Shown here piece after piece: positions 40,570-53,199 of a stretch of 64,000 nt of DNA; positions within the stretch are counted from its first letter, which is position 1, and every line of letters starts with the position of its first letter. The translations under genes and the position numbers were made by a program. The DNA is taken from assembly GCA_965178125.1 (NCBI GenBank), contig CBCXTV010000001.1, positions 248,001 through 312,000 of the forward strand, written 5' to 3'. A model generated the notes under the pieces. That model was not told the DNA's origin and made no database searches. It saw nothing but the letters and a program-made list of their open reading frames with translations. The stretch comes from Bilabrum cf. latius. Lineage: Eukaryota.

Positions 40570-41862
40570 ATGCTCGTGTCCTTGGCTTCGTATTTCTCCG
40601 CGTATTCTTCAAACGCGGGCGCACGTCTCCTACCGATTCGTGGTCGGTTTCCGAGGCCGATCGCGAGTCGGGAAATGCGCCCGCGATGCGCTCTCGATCT
40701 CGGAAAGGGCGGGAGTCCGTTCTTGCATTCGGAATGGGCGGGGAGTTGCTTTTCCTGGGAGCATGTGCGAGATTCCTTCTCCGCGGGTCCTCTTTCGGCT
40801 TCGGCAGTCAGCAGCGCACTCTGCGGGAACGGCATTCTCCGAGTCTCTTTGCCGATGATGTCTGAGGAGAAACCGTCCGAGAGCATTGCTGTTTCCTTGG
40901 GAGACGGCCGCAATCTTCGTGGGCGTCGAGGCGCCGGTGATATGGGAAACGAGGGCGGCATGTTGGCGCGCGAGGTCGACGCCCCGGCGGAGCACGCCGG
41001 CGCGGCGGCAAGCGTCGATGATTCGGGCGGCCCCCACATCGAGAGCGGCGGCGCGGAGGCGGCGTCCACGGGGATGCTCGGAGAGGAGAGCGGCAAGGCA
41101 GCGCCGAAGGAGGACGCCGAAGACGACGGCGGCAAGAAGACGGAGGAGGAGGATGCTCGCGGCGGTGGACGTGCTGTGGTGCCCGGAGGTAATGACGACG
41201 TATGGACCGACGCAGCAGCTTGGAAGGCGGGTGGCGGCGTGGCAGCCGGGGCGGTCTCTGGCGCTGATAGCTGGGTTCTATGGGGGACCCCTGCGAAGTC
41301 GTCATGGGGGGAGACGTACGTGCCGCGGCAGGTCGCGTCGGAGCCGGCGGAGGAGGCGACATGGACTTGCAACGCGTGCCAGTGCTGCAAGCCCCGGTCG
41401 GCGTACTTCAAGAAGTGGAAGGACTGGATCCAACCAGTTTGCCGGGTGTGTTGCGACAAGTTCGACAACGCGACGCCGTGGTGGGTGTGGTGCAAGAACT
41501 GCAAAAACGAGTATCCGGCGTACCGATTTCCCCAGATCCGCCGGAAGAAGGAGAACTTGCGCTATTTCTTCCCTGAGGACTGGTGCGCGAAGTGCCTGGT
41601 TGCGCGTGGCTGGAGTCTCCATGATGTCCGTTCCTCTGCGGGTGAAGCGAAGCGTTGGGTGCCAAAAGCTGGCGCGAATACCGGTGACGGCGACAACGAC
41701 GCTCGTGCTCCCGCACGCGACGAGCTTCCTGCAGGAGGCGCCGCCTCCTGCAGCAACGCCGTGCGTCAGAGTTCTTCGCGTGACGAGGCCTTGGATGACA
41801 TCAAGCGGGCCATGGAGCTTCTCCAGAATGCGGAAAGGTTCCTCCTCACGATGCCAGCGTGA
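40570..41862 (+). CDS. Zinc-finger-like protein, copy 2
   Basis: Intact 430-aa ORF; several substitutions versus copy 1. Confidence 0.65.
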   Translation: MLVSLASYFSAYSSNAGARLLPIRGRFPRPIASREMRPRCALDLGKGGSPFLHSEWAGSCFSWEHVRDSFSAGPLSASAVSSALCGNGILRVSLPMMSEEKPSESIAVSLGDGRNLRGRRGAGDMGNEGGMLAREVDAPAEHAGAAASVDDSGGPHIESGGAEAASTGMLGEESGKAAPKEDAEDDGGKKTEEEDARGGGRAVVPGGNDDVWTDAAAWKAGGGVAAGAVSGADSWVLWGTPAKSSWGETYVPRQVASEPAEEATWTCNACQCCKPRSAYFKKWKDWIQPVCRVCCDKFDNATPWWVWCKNCKNEYPAYRFPQIRRKKENLRYFFPEDWCAKCLVARGWSLHDVRSSAGEAKRWVPKAGANTGDGDNDARAPARDELPAGGAASCSNAVRQSSSRDEALDDIKRAMELLQNAERFLLTMPA

Positions 41863-42964
41863 CGCGGGAGCTTCCCGAATGGGTCCGTCGTACTGTGAGG
41901 GCGCTCCGGAAGGAAGAGCGCGAGTGAGTCATCCTTGCGCCGAGGTGAGCGCGACGTCGGAGGAGTACGGTCGTTTGATTGGGAACGATATGGTCGGCAG
42001 AGTGTGAAAATCCGAGTTTCTCGTGCAGGATTGGGCAGCTCTCTAGATATCTTGCCTGGGAAGGGTGTGATGTGGTGGGAGCGCTTCCGCCTCACGTGGC
42101 AGACGTCCACACTTCCTGGTTCCCCGGCAGGCTGTTTGGCGAGACGGAGTGGCAAAGCATCCGCCTGCTGATTCCTACTTTGTTACCTCGATTGTGAGCT
42201 CGGAGCTTGGGGCGGAGGATTCTGCGGGCAGCTCATGTGTGCCTAGAGTGTCATCCCGCGACCCTCTGACTTCTGTTCGTGGCTTTACCTCTTCGCGCAG
42301 GAAGATTCCTCATGAGGCAAGCCCGGTCCGAACTCGCGTGGGATGCCGTGCGCTGGTGCGGCTTCCACTCATCCCCGGGGTGGGGAGCGCTGGGTAAAGG
42401 ATCGTCTGTCCCTGCAAGTTTCGATTCGGCGAGGTGCGGCAGCATGACGCGGACCGAGGTGAAGTCCTTTGTCCGCGATAGGTCGCCGCGTCGCGCGGTG
42501 GCGACCCCACAGCGCCCAAATCCCATTCCGGAGAGGGGGTGTGATGCAGTGGGAGCCCTTCCGCCTCACGTGACAGACGTTCACACTTCCTGGTTCCCAT
42601 AAGGTCTTCAGCACAGCGCATGCGAGGCAGGCTGTTCGGCGAGACGTAGTGGCATCGCCCCCGCCTGCTCATTCCTACTTTGTTACCTCGATTGTCAGCT
42701 TGGGGCTCGGGGGCGGCGGATTCAGCGGGCAGCTCATGTATGCTGGAGTGTCATCCCGCGACCTCTGACTTCTGTCCGTGGCTTTACCTCTTCGCGCAGG
42801 AAGATTCCTCATGAGGCAAGCCCGGTGCGAACTCCTGTGGGATGCCGTGCGCTGGTTCGGATTCCACTCATGCCCGATGTGGGGAGCGCTAGGGTAAAGG
42901 ATCGTCTGTCCCTGCAAGTTTCGATTCGGCTCGAGTCAATGTGAGGAAGGAGAGGTGCGGCAGC

Positions 42965-43489
42965 ATGACGCGGAACGAGGTGACGTCCTTTGTCCGCGAT
43001 AGGTCGCCGCGTCGCGCGGTGGCGACCCCGCAGCGCCCAAACCCCGCCCCGCCAGCGAGTCCTCACTCGACAGCGGTGTCGAACCTGCAGCAGCGCTTCG
43101 AGAACATGCAGCAGCGTGCGGAAAGCTTGAGCGCTCAGCTGGAGTACGCCCAAAGTGTGATCAGGCTGCTCTCAGGCCTGTTGCGCGATGAGGCTCCTCG
43201 GTTCCATGCAGACTTTGATCCCGTGATTCGGCGTGCGATGTCTGGCGCAAGCGGCTCCGTTGCGGGTAGGTCTTTCCGTCTTGTGGACGGAGGCGTCATC
43301 CACGGACCTGACACAGCAGTCGCTGCTCCTCCGCGTCGTCTCATCGTTGAGGTGCGTACGGACTGGGAGATGACCGAGACTGCCTCAACTGTGCTGGATT
43401 CCTCAGGATCAGACGACATGGGTTCCGAGGACTCGCCGCCGCCGACCGTCGTTCTCCCCAGCGGCGCGGCGGGCGCCGGCGGTGCCTAG
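42965..43489 (+). CDS. Coiled-coil hypothetical protein, copy 2
   Basis: As 15767-16288. Confidence 0.45.
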   Translation: MTRNEVTSFVRDRSPRRAVATPQRPNPAPPASPHSTAVSNLQQRFENMQQRAESLSAQLEYAQSVIRLLSGLLRDEAPRFHADFDPVIRRAMSGASGSVAGRSFRLVDGGVIHGPDTAVAAPPRRLIVEVRTDWEMTETASTVLDSSGSDDMGSEDSPPPTVVLPSGAAGAGGA

Positions 43490-44063
43490 TCCTCGGCAGC
43501 TCCTGCATCGGAGCCTCCTGTCGAGATTCGATCGCGCAACGTCGTTCCTTACATTGCTTGCCGTCGCATGTGCCGGGCGGTGGTGGGTGTGCGTGTTCGC
43601 CGAAAGTTCCCGGCCTCGTCTTCCTCAGGAGAGCTCCTCGACCCGAAATTGGCAGCTCAGCGCTGCCGTGGCCGATACAGTACCCGTGCACGGCCAGTTG
43701 GCAGCTACGCGCTGCCGTTGCCAATGTCGTCCGCACGAGAGCAGAGTGGCAGCTCAGCGCAGGCGAGAAACCGCGCTCGCAATGCTGCGAGGTGTATTCA
43801 ATGCTGTGCACGTGTCTATCCCTCTCCCTGGTTTTGTCTCGCTTGCGCCAGTGTGACCGCAGCAGAGCGGGTGCTTCCCGTGCGTCTTCAGCTTTGAGCA
43901 CTCCTCCAGCGACAGGAAGGCATTCGCTTGCTCTCGCTCCCCGCCTGCGTCCTATCCCTCCCGGGTATCTTCAGAGGCCACAGGCAGTGCGAAGCTTGGC
44001 AGCGGGTCCGTCCGCGTCGTTTCGGCTGTGAGCGATCTTCTGCCCGGTTCCTCACGCGTCATA

Positions 44064-45665
44064 ATGTCCTCTGCTTCGGTGCCGGATCAGCTCGCACGGA
44101 TCAGTAAGGAGCTGAAGTGTCTCAGAGACGCGAGACAACGGGCGCGCAATGGGCTGCGCCATCCGTGGTTGCGCGCCATGGAGGCACAGGTCGCTGAGGT
44201 TATTCGTCATCACCCCGGAGGTGGCGAGGCAGCTCTTCGAACCTATGTCTCTCGTCAGTTGCAGAGTCGACAGGTTTCCACGCGGACGGCTTCGCAGGAG
44301 GAGTTTCAAAGGCAGGTCGATGAGGAGGTCGCGCTCACCATGAGGCGCCCAGCTGAGGCGTGGCAGCGAAATCCTCTTCGCTCATGTCATCGAGAGTCCG
44401 TGGCACGCGCAGAGACCTTTCTCGCCGAGGCTTCTGTCGTTGCTTGGATCGACCATGTGAACGAGCAGCGTGGGTGTGCTCCAACTGGGAACATGGTTTT
44501 CGCCATGCTTGCGAGGATGGGCGTTCGCGCGGGGAAGGACTCGGCTCGACGGCAGTGGCTCCTGCGCTTCCGTCGTCGTTGGCGGCTTCGGCATGGCCGA
44601 TTGAAGAAGCAGCCCCCGGTAACACTCGATTACGTCAGACTCGCGTGTCGTGTCTTCTATCAGTGGATTGAATTCGCAGAAGCGCGAGTGCCCCCCAACC
44701 GCCGCCTCGTCTTTGTGAACTTCGATGAGTCCAGCGTGCCCTTTGCCTTTCCGGGAATGCGCGGGTACATCGCACCGAGGTCAGGAACGGAGCCCGCTTC
44801 GCTTGGTTCGCGCACGGAGCGCCTCGCCTCGAATAGCAATCGAGGATCGTACACCTTTCTGGGTTTTATTAGCGACTGCCCGGAAATCCAGCGACGACTC
44901 CCGCGTATACTCATCGGGAAGCACACGCGGCTGAGCAAGCGCTTGATGCGTGGGGCGCCGAACCAAATGGTGGACGGAATGGAAGTCTGGGCCCGAGAGA
45001 GCTCGTGGGTGACGCAGTCCCTCATGTTCGACATTCTGCGTCGGCTTTTCGCTTCTTGGATGGACATTCAGCATGAGATCTATCCAATAGTGATACTTGA
45101 CTGCGCGCCCCAACACATTTCCACTGAGATTGTGAACTTCGCACACGGCCTTGGCATGGATCTCGTGTTTATTCCTGGTCGACTCACCTTCTTGCTTCAG
45201 CCGTTGGACGTTCTCGTCTTTCAGCTTCTTAAGCGCGACCTTCGGGAGACGTGGATGCAGGAGCGCTCGCGTCATGAAGCGGGTCATGTCGATGTCTCTT
45301 GCCATCTCAGGGTTGTCGCTGAGTGCACGAAGAGAGTGCTCTCGTCTGGCTCGTGGCAAGGCGCTTTCGATATGACAGGCATTACCAGCGGCAGGCGCCG
45401 CTTGCATTCGACCCTACGGCGCTTGTTTGAGTGTGACATGGAGGACATCTCCAGCGATGCTCCGTCTGTCGACCAGCTCCGCTTCATCAGCAGTCCGCAG
45501 CAGCCTCTCCCGCACGATGCGCTCATCAACAGGGCCCCAGTCGCGTCCGGACACGGGGTCGACGGAGGCGTCCACGGTGGTAACGCTCGCCGCGTGCCTC
45601 GTGGCCGCAGACTAAACGGATGGACCCCCCGCGATCGCGCTCACCCCTCGGCGGCCATGCCGTGA
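44064..45665 (+). CDS. pogo-type DD35D transposase, copy 2
   Basis: Intact; catalytic triad retained. Confidence 0.9.
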   Translation: MSSASVPDQLARISKELKCLRDARQRARNGLRHPWLRAMEAQVAEVIRHHPGGGEAALRTYVSRQLQSRQVSTRTASQEEFQRQVDEEVALTMRRPAEAWQRNPLRSCHRESVARAETFLAEASVVAWIDHVNEQRGCAPTGNMVFAMLARMGVRAGKDSARRQWLLRFRRRWRLRHGRLKKQPPVTLDYVRLACRVFYQWIEFAEARVPPNRRLVFVNFDESSVPFAFPGMRGYIAPRSGTEPASLGSRTERLASNSNRGSYTFLGFISDCPEIQRRLPRILIGKHTRLSKRLMRGAPNQMVDGMEVWARESSWVTQSLMFDILRRLFASWMDIQHEIYPIVILDCAPQHISTEIVNFAHGLGMDLVFIPGRLTFLLQPLDVLVFQLLKRDLRETWMQERSRHEAGHVDVSCHLRVVAECTKRVLSSGSWQGAFDMTGITSGRRRLHSTLRRLFECDMEDISSDAPSVDQLRFISSPQQPLPHDALINRAPVASGHGVDGGVHGGNARRVPRGRRLNGWTPRDRAHPSAAMP

Positions 45666-46684
45666 CCTCGACCACGACCATGTCAGGGGCGAACGCGACT
45701 TCGTCAACCTCGAGCACGACCATCCCAGCGGCGAACGCGGCTTCCTCGATGGGATCCCTGACCCCGACGAAGCTTCCCCGACCTCGGCCACGTGAACCTG
45801 CAGGCGCATTCTTGCCCGATGTGCCCGCGCAGGTGGCGGCCTGCACGGCGTGGGCGCCACCGTTTCGTCGACCAGACAGCTCAGCCACTCCGGCGACGCG
45901 CGAGGCGGCAACGTCCACGTGCATCAATCCGTGGACCGCTCTCTCCTGGTATCCGACACCACCGCAGCCGACGGACCCCCCTTCCGACAGGCCTCGCGAG
46001 GTACCGAACCGGAGCTCCCGGCAGCAGCGCAGGCGTCATGCTTGGGGCGGCACGTGGGTGTTCGACGACGCCATTACGCTCAGCGATTGCGGGTCGAGGG
46101 TGCAGATCGACGCGCCGCAGTCGAAGCTCTTGGCGATGGTCGTGCCCCGGAAGTCGGGCCAGTGGATTCCTCGTAGGCTGCGCTCGCGTACGATCTGGTA
46201 TTTGGCTGGGGAGCAGTCGGCCGTGATCACCAACCTCAAGTGCCAGGCCTGCAGTCGGGTCAAGCACGCGGACAGCTTCAACCCGAAGAGCTTGCGTCGG
46301 GCTCAGTACTCGTTGCTGCATTCCCTGTGGCCCGGCTACATACGACGTACCGAGCGGTCTATTTGGTGCACGCAGTGTGCGGTGGAGGACCAGTTGATGC
46401 AGGGCAACTTTCCGGACGGCTACTGTTTCCGGATCCGCGCCACACTCGAAATTTGCCATCAAGATCGCGTCGCGGCCAAGCTGTTTGCAGTGCACGACAG
46501 TAACGCTCTCTTCGAGCAGATCCCGCTGAGCTCCCGTGCGGCCATGGACGTGGCGGAGCAGTTGCGCCGATACTGGCAGGATGCCGTGTCCTCAGACGGC
46601 CAGAGCAACATCTTCCACAGCGACCACGTTTCGACAGACGACGACTCTGAGTTCGCACCGGGCGGACCGGAGAGCGTGCCGTGA
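45620..46684 (+). CDS. Zinc-finger-like hypothetical protein, copy 2
   Basis: As 18419-19483. Confidence 0.6.
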   Translation: MDPPRSRSPLGGHAVTSTTTMSGANATSSTSSTTIPAANAASSMGSLTPTKLPRPRPREPAGAFLPDVPAQVAACTAWAPPFRRPDSSATPATREAATSTCINPWTALSWYPTPPQPTDPPSDRPREVPNRSSRQQRRRHAWGGTWVFDDAITLSDCGSRVQIDAPQSKLLAMVVPRKSGQWIPRRLRSRTIWYLAGEQSAVITNLKCQACSRVKHADSFNPKSLRRAQYSLLHSLWPGYIRRTERSIWCTQCAVEDQLMQGNFPDGYCFRIRATLEICHQDRVAAKLFAVHDSNALFEQIPLSSRAAMDVAEQLRRYWQDAVSSDGQSNIFHSDHVSTDDDSEFAPGGPESVP

Positions 46685-49600
46685 GGGACCGCAGCGACAG
46701 TAGCGTCGCTTAGGTGAGGAGCGGGTGCCAATGCTCTTTTGAAAATGGTGTGTCGTACGTACGGCAGGAGCCGTCGGTGGGAGCGGGGCGGATCCTGCGG
46801 GAAGTCGTGGAGACTGAGGGCAGAGACTCTCGGGTCGGTCAGGGTCTCATGTAACGTGCTGTTCACCGCAGAGGTATGTGCGGATCTTGGTGGATCTCTC
46901 GAGGACATGGGTGGCATACCGTTGTGCATCCGTTCCCCGGGGGGGGCGGTCGCAGAAGAGTGCACACGAAAACAAGAGGAAAGGAGACCAACCCCCCAAA
47001 CCCACGTAGTGCGATCCTGGGGGGTACCCTATAAGGTACTAAGAATCCTTCTCCCGAAAATCGCACTACCTCGGGCCACAACGTCTTGGTGGATTCCTCG
47101 AGGACATGGGTGGCATACCGTTGTGCATCCGTTCCCCGTCGCTCCCTAACGTCTTCAGTGGCAGGTTCGGAAAAGACACCTCCGTAGGCACGCGACAAGT
47201 CCCGGTGAAGCGGGCTCGCACCGCGCTGGGCGGGAGATCGTGAGCGCTTAGAGGACCGGAGCTCTCGGGCGGGTGCGTGTCTCGACAAACTCCCTCTTGA
47301 CCACGGGCGGGGAACGTGTAGGGCGGAAGCTAAAGACACCGTAAGTAGCGGAGGGCTAACATTCCGTCCTTCGGTGAGAGCCAAAAGTTCGAGTCTGCGA
47401 GAGACTATTATACGAAGTTCTCCCCTCCTCATACGTGCGCATAGCCTCCTCACGCGGTAGCGCGAGCGCGGGACCCGGACCTGTCCCTGATGGGCGTGAA
47501 TCTGAACCCGGCGTACTCTCCTAGTCTGTCACTTCCACGACCTTGTTGTCGCGGAACCACTTGCACGGAGAGGAACCTGTCGTTCAAGCGGGTGCAGCCG
47601 GACGCGCAGGTGTAGTGCATCGCCTTGCATATGTGCACGGCCAAGTAGATGCCGGAACCGTAGAGGTATCACACTTCCCGCGGAGCTTGGGTGGGTCTTT
47701 CGCTGCTGTCGTCTGCTCCAGAAGGTTTGCGCCAAAAACCGGAAAACTTCTAAGACAGAGGTGGGATGCCAGGAGCTCACGGTCCTGCCGGATTGGGGAG
47801 GTCCATGCCCACGCGAGCCGGGTACGCGTCCAAATCAACGCACAGAGCGGGAGCTGACGGCGCCAAGGACGCTCACTGTCAGGCACACACAACGCGGAAA
47901 CCACAGAATTCGTCATTTCGCGTTCAAAGCCTGCCAACGACGTGGTGCTTGGCGAAATGTGGTGGGTGGCGAAGATGTGGTACTTCGCCGTGCCTTTCTC
48001 TATGACGGCCAAGCGTGCACTCGCCATCGCGCTCGGACGCCACAGGAAGAGATCCCAGCACGCAGCTCCGCCGCCTCATCCAGGAGTAAGGCGAAGTCGA
48101 ATCGTGAATAGCGCTTCGCACCTTCACAGAGCCGAGGATCACAGATAGGCCCCGCCTCACAGAACCCAGCGCCATAGGGCAGAGCGTGAAGTACCTGGCC
48201 GCTTGGCTTGGCCGGACCCCCGCCCGCCCTCCGCCGGCAGCTCCTCCCGTCCGTCCCTATGGAGGCAGATCCGCGTACCCATGCTGCGGCGGGATCCTGA
48301 CACAATCCGCTCCTCTTAGTGTGTGGCCGTGGGGCATGAGTGGAGCAGCATCGGGCCCTCACCAGCCGTGGAACGGAAGCAGCTCTCCGTGCGGCAGCTG
48401 TGCGATGCACAGACCTCGTCCCAAAGATACGGATCCATTTTGCCGTCTTCCCGCGCATACTGCATCGCTCTGCAAAACTGCATTGCGCAGTGGATCCCCG
48501 AGCGTCGACTGCCAATAGCAGGCGGCCTCGCAAGGCCTTCATGGACGCAGGATTTGGGCTTCTTCATCGTAAATTTGGGGTCTGCTCAGCGCGCGAAAAT
48601 TCCAACGCTTCAAAATGATCCGGACGTCGCGAGAAGGGAACTCGTTGCTTGCTCACCTGTGCGGAGGGGTTGGATGCCCGATGTGCTAAAGAGAGGATAC
48701 TGTCCGTCGGCGTTCTCTCTTCACCTTGTGCGGAAGGGTTGGGTGCCTGATTTCAGACAGAGAAGGTCTCGTCCGTTGGGAGCGCTTAGGAATACTTCCG
48801 GATGGGGCGTCCAGACGCGGTCCAGGACCTCCAGCTCGTCGGGGTCAATGTCGCCCGCGCCGTCCGTGCCTTTGACGCCCTCTGGATCGATGATGCCCAC
48901 GATCTTTGTCATCTCGGACGACACACGTCCCAGCTGCTCTTTGGTAGTGCATTACCTCATTGACCCCGAAGCGTTGAATATTTAATGAAGACCCTTCGGA
49001 AGCTGACGAAGTTTGTCAGCTTGTCGGAGCGCAGCCTGGGTCCTTGTCAACAAACATGGAGGGTTTCGGGGCGGATTTCCAGCGTTCCGCCTTGATATCG
49101 AGTGCACCTCGAGGTCGGGATCGAAGCGGGGCGGGCGGTTCGTCATCCTCTGTGATACGCTTAGGAGGCGCCGACTTGATGCCCACCTTGTCCCCCAATC
49201 ACTCCAGACGTAACTGGGGAACTCTACCCGTCGTGGGCCGGGTACGCCTCCGAATCCCACGCGAGCCGTTCCCCACGGCGCACCGATAAGCGCCGCTGCA
49301 AGCGTACCAAGAGGGGCGTACCAAGAGGTGCTTCCTTCGCTCGGCAGTGTGGCACTTCAAGCAGTAGAATGTGCCACTCCCAGCACGTAGGTGGAGTTTG
49401 CGAGCTGCCGGCCGACATGCTCGTGTGGTGACCTCCGGCGCACCGATAAGTGCCGCTGCAAGCGCACCAATACTACTTCGCTTGGGAGCGTGGCACTTTA
49501 AGCAATGCAGTGCGCCGGTTTTCGTGCACGCCCAGTCGCGCGGACGCCGCAGGTGGCTTGGCGGTAGGATAGAATTAGTGGCGGGTCGGTTTTGCATGTC

Positions 49601-49771
49601 TTCCCTCTCCTCTTGATATGGTACACAAAGGCAAGAGCCTGACGATGCAGACGGAACTCCTGGATTTCACCGCCACATTCCTAGTCAAGACAGCCCTCGA
49701 CTAAACAGACGCCGAGTTATCTTGAGCAGCATCCCACGACGCAGTGATGTGGACGGCAAGGGTGATGCCAT

Positions 49772-52700
49772 GCTTTCCGGGCCTCCCATGTGACCGCTTT
49801 TTGCGTACCGAAACACTTTCCGAGGTCGACGCCCCGGCGGAGCACGCCGGCGCGGCGGCAAGCGTCGATGTTGCGGGCGGCCCAGCCATGAGGTACATGA
49901 TCAAGTACGCGGAAAGCACGCAGAGCGTCGTCAATCCGTTCGTGAGCCGCGAGTTCCAAAAGGTCTTCGAGCACATCCGCCCGGAAAGCACGCAGAGCAT
50001 CGTCAATCCGTTCGTGAGCCGCGAGTTCCAGAAGGTCTTCGAGCACATCCCCCCGGAAAGCACGCAGAGCATCGTCAATCCGTTCGTGAGCCGCGAATTC
50101 CAAAAGGTCTTCGAGCACATCCCCCGGATGATGTCGAGCATGCGGACGCCCTGCTCCGGATGATGTCGGCCATGCGGACGCTCTTCCCAGACCTTGCGCG
50201 GCAGCGGGACGAAAATGGAGCTCTCCCTGCACCGCAAGCACGCCGGAAACCTGGTGCACTTCCACGTATGCATGACGGACTCCGAGAGGTCGCATCGTTG
50301 TCGCGTGGCGGAGGATTTCATTTGGGCCGGCAGCAGGCCGAATGTCGTGTACGGCTTTTAGGTACCGAACCCGAGCTCCCGGCAGCAGCGCAGGCGGCAT
50401 GCTTGGGGCGGCACGTGGATCTTCGACGACGCCATTACGCTAAGCGATTGCGGGTCGAGGGTGCAGATCGGCGCGCCGCAGTCGAAGCTCTTGGCGATGG
50501 TCGTGCCCCGGAAGTCGGGCCAGGGCATTCTCCGAGTCTCTTTGCCGATGATGTCTGAGGAGAAACCGTCCGAGAGCATTGCTGTTTCCTTGGGAGACGG
50601 CCGCAATCTTCGTGGGCGTCAAGGCGCCGGTAATATGGGAAACGAGGGCGGCATGTTGGCGCGCGAGGTCGACGCCCCGGCGGAGCACGCCGGCGCGGCG
50701 GCAAGCGTCGATGTTGCGGGCGGCCCAGCCATGAGGCACATGATCAAGTACGCGGAAAGCACGCAGAGCGTTGTCAATCCGTTCGTGAGCCGCGAGTTCC
50801 AAAAGGTCTTCGAGCACATCCCCCCGGAAAGCACGCAGAGCGTCGTCAATCCGTTCGTGAGCCGCGAGTTCCAGAAGGTCTTCGAGCACATCCCCCCGGA
50901 AAGCACGCAGAGCATCGTCAATCCGTTCGTGAGCCGCGAGTTCCAAAAGGTCTTCGAGCACATCCCCCGGATGATGTCGAGCATGCGGACGCCCTGCTCC
51001 GGATGATGTCGGCCATGCGGACGCTCTTCCCAGACCTTGCGCGGCAGCGGGACGAAAATGGAGCTCTCCCTGCACCGCAAGCACGCCGGAAACCTGGTGC
51101 ACTTCCACGTATGCATGACGGACTCCGAGAGGTCGCATCGTTGTCGCGTGGCGGAGGATTTCATTTGGGCCGGCAGCAGGCCGAATGTCGTGTACGACGT
51201 ATGGTCAGACGCAGCCGCTTGGAAGGCGGGTGGCGGCGTGGCAGACGGGAAGGATGTCGGAACCTGGGGTTCATGGAAGACGCCTGCGAAGTCGTCATGG
51301 GGGGAGCCGTACGTGCCGTGGCAGGTCGCGCCGGAGCCGGCGGAGGAGGCGACATGGACTTGCAACGCGTGCCAGGGCCTAAGCCCCGGTCAGAGTACTT
51401 CAAGAAGTGGAAGGACTGGATCCAACCAGTTTGCCGGGTGTGTTGCGACAAGTTCGACAACGCGACGCCGTGGTGGGTGAGGTGCAAGAACTGCAAAAAC
51501 GAGTATCCGGCGTACCGATTTCCCCAGAACCGCCGGAAGAAGGAGAACCTGCGCTATTTCTTCCCTGAGGACTGGTGCGCGAAGTGCCTGGTTGCGCGTG
51601 GCTGGAGTCTCCATGATGTCCGTTCCTCTGCGGGTGAAGCGAAGCGTTGGGTGCCAAAAGCTGGCGCGAATACCGGTGACGGCGACAACGACGCTCGTGC
51701 TCCCGCACGCGACGAGCCTCCTGCAGGAGGCGCCGCCTCCTGCAGCAACGCCGTGCGTCAGAGTCCTTCGCGTGACGAGGCCTTGGATGACATCAACCGG
51801 GCCATGGAGCTTCTCCGGAATGCGGAGAAATTCATCTCCGCGATGCCATCGTGCATGCAGTGTGCGGTGCAGGACCAGTTGATGCAGGGCATCGTCAAAG
51901 ACCAGGCCCTCTTGGATATCTTCTCCGGCAAGATAACGGACTGGATCAAATACCATCCGGCCACTCTTGGGGCGATCCAATCCCATCGAAACGCATGGCT
52001 GTGGGCTGAGAACCACACGCCGACGGAATGGCTCATGGTTGTCGAGGATGATATCGAACCTCGCGAAGCATGCGTGGATCGGCTACTCGTAGTTCTTCAC
52101 GCCATCGCGAAAACCCCAAGGTGACGCAGATGGCCATGTTAGCGGGGTCAGAAGCACCGAGAATGGTCAGCCTCCAGCGCGGAAACTCCACCTCCATCCA
52201 CAACTGCGAGCGCCTCTTGGACGTGCGGACCTATCCGGCGCACTGGGTAGACAACACATTTGTGGTCCCCTACCACGTCGGCATGGGCCTAAAGTGGTAT
52301 CTCATCAGCCCGGAGGGGAGGAAGGCGCTCCTGAAGATGCGGATCCCGAACCGAAGCTTCGAACGCTGCGTCTGGCGCCGCCTCTTCGACACGTTCCACG
52401 CCGGCGAAACCTCGAGTTTTGGCATCAAGATCGTGTCGCGGCCAGGCTGTACGACGGCGGCAAGAAGACGGAGAAGGAGGATGCTCACGGTATCGCCCTG
52501 ATCATCTGCACGACTTCGTGGGGCTCCATGACGTAACGGCGAGCGAGAACATTGACTGGTGGCGTGGCTGGAGGATCTCGGGAACACACGGCGGGCGAGC
52601 CGTTTTTCAAAAGGAGCACGGGTCCTTCGGGACGCCATTTCACTTACGGCGGGCGAGCCGTTTTCCGAATGGTGCGGGGGTCCTACTGATGCACACGGCG

Positions 52701-53199
52701 ATCGCTGGTTCACTCACGGCGGACACACGGCGGGCGAGCCGTTTTTCAAAAGGAGCACGGGTCCTTCGGGACGCCATTTCACTTACGGCGGGCGAGCCGT
52801 TTTCCGAATGGTGCGGGGGTCCTACTGATGCACACGGCGATCGCTGGTTCACTCACGGCGGGCGAGCCGTTTTCCGAATGGTGCGGAGTCCTCCAGATGA
52901 CCACGGTGATGGGTGGCAGCATGTCATAGGCGCGCCGTCGGAAGCTTCCCCTTCGAGTGCTGCCTAAAACTGAGAAACCTGGAGATCCTAGCATCGTATG
53001 GAGGCAAGAGGTAACACCTTGGGGTCCGTTCTCCGCTTCAATTCCTGTCCCAAATCCGATTCCCATTTCGAGACCGAAAAAGGTGACCCGGAAAACGACG
53101 GTACTTATTTCTGAACCGTTTTCCGGACGCTTTCCGGGCCTCCCATGTGACCGCTTTTTGCGTACCGAAACACGTTCCGCGCGTGAGGAGCAGATGCGG
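49772..53199 (+). pseudogene. Mosaic zone, copy 2 (different arrangement)
   Basis: Same donor genes, different order, junctions and copy numbers. Confidence 0.9.

Larger units (their letters stand above)
27196..53199 (+). mobile_element. Composite element unit, copy 2
   Basis: Near-identical to copy 1 up to ~49750; mosaic tail differently arranged and shorter. Confidence 0.85.
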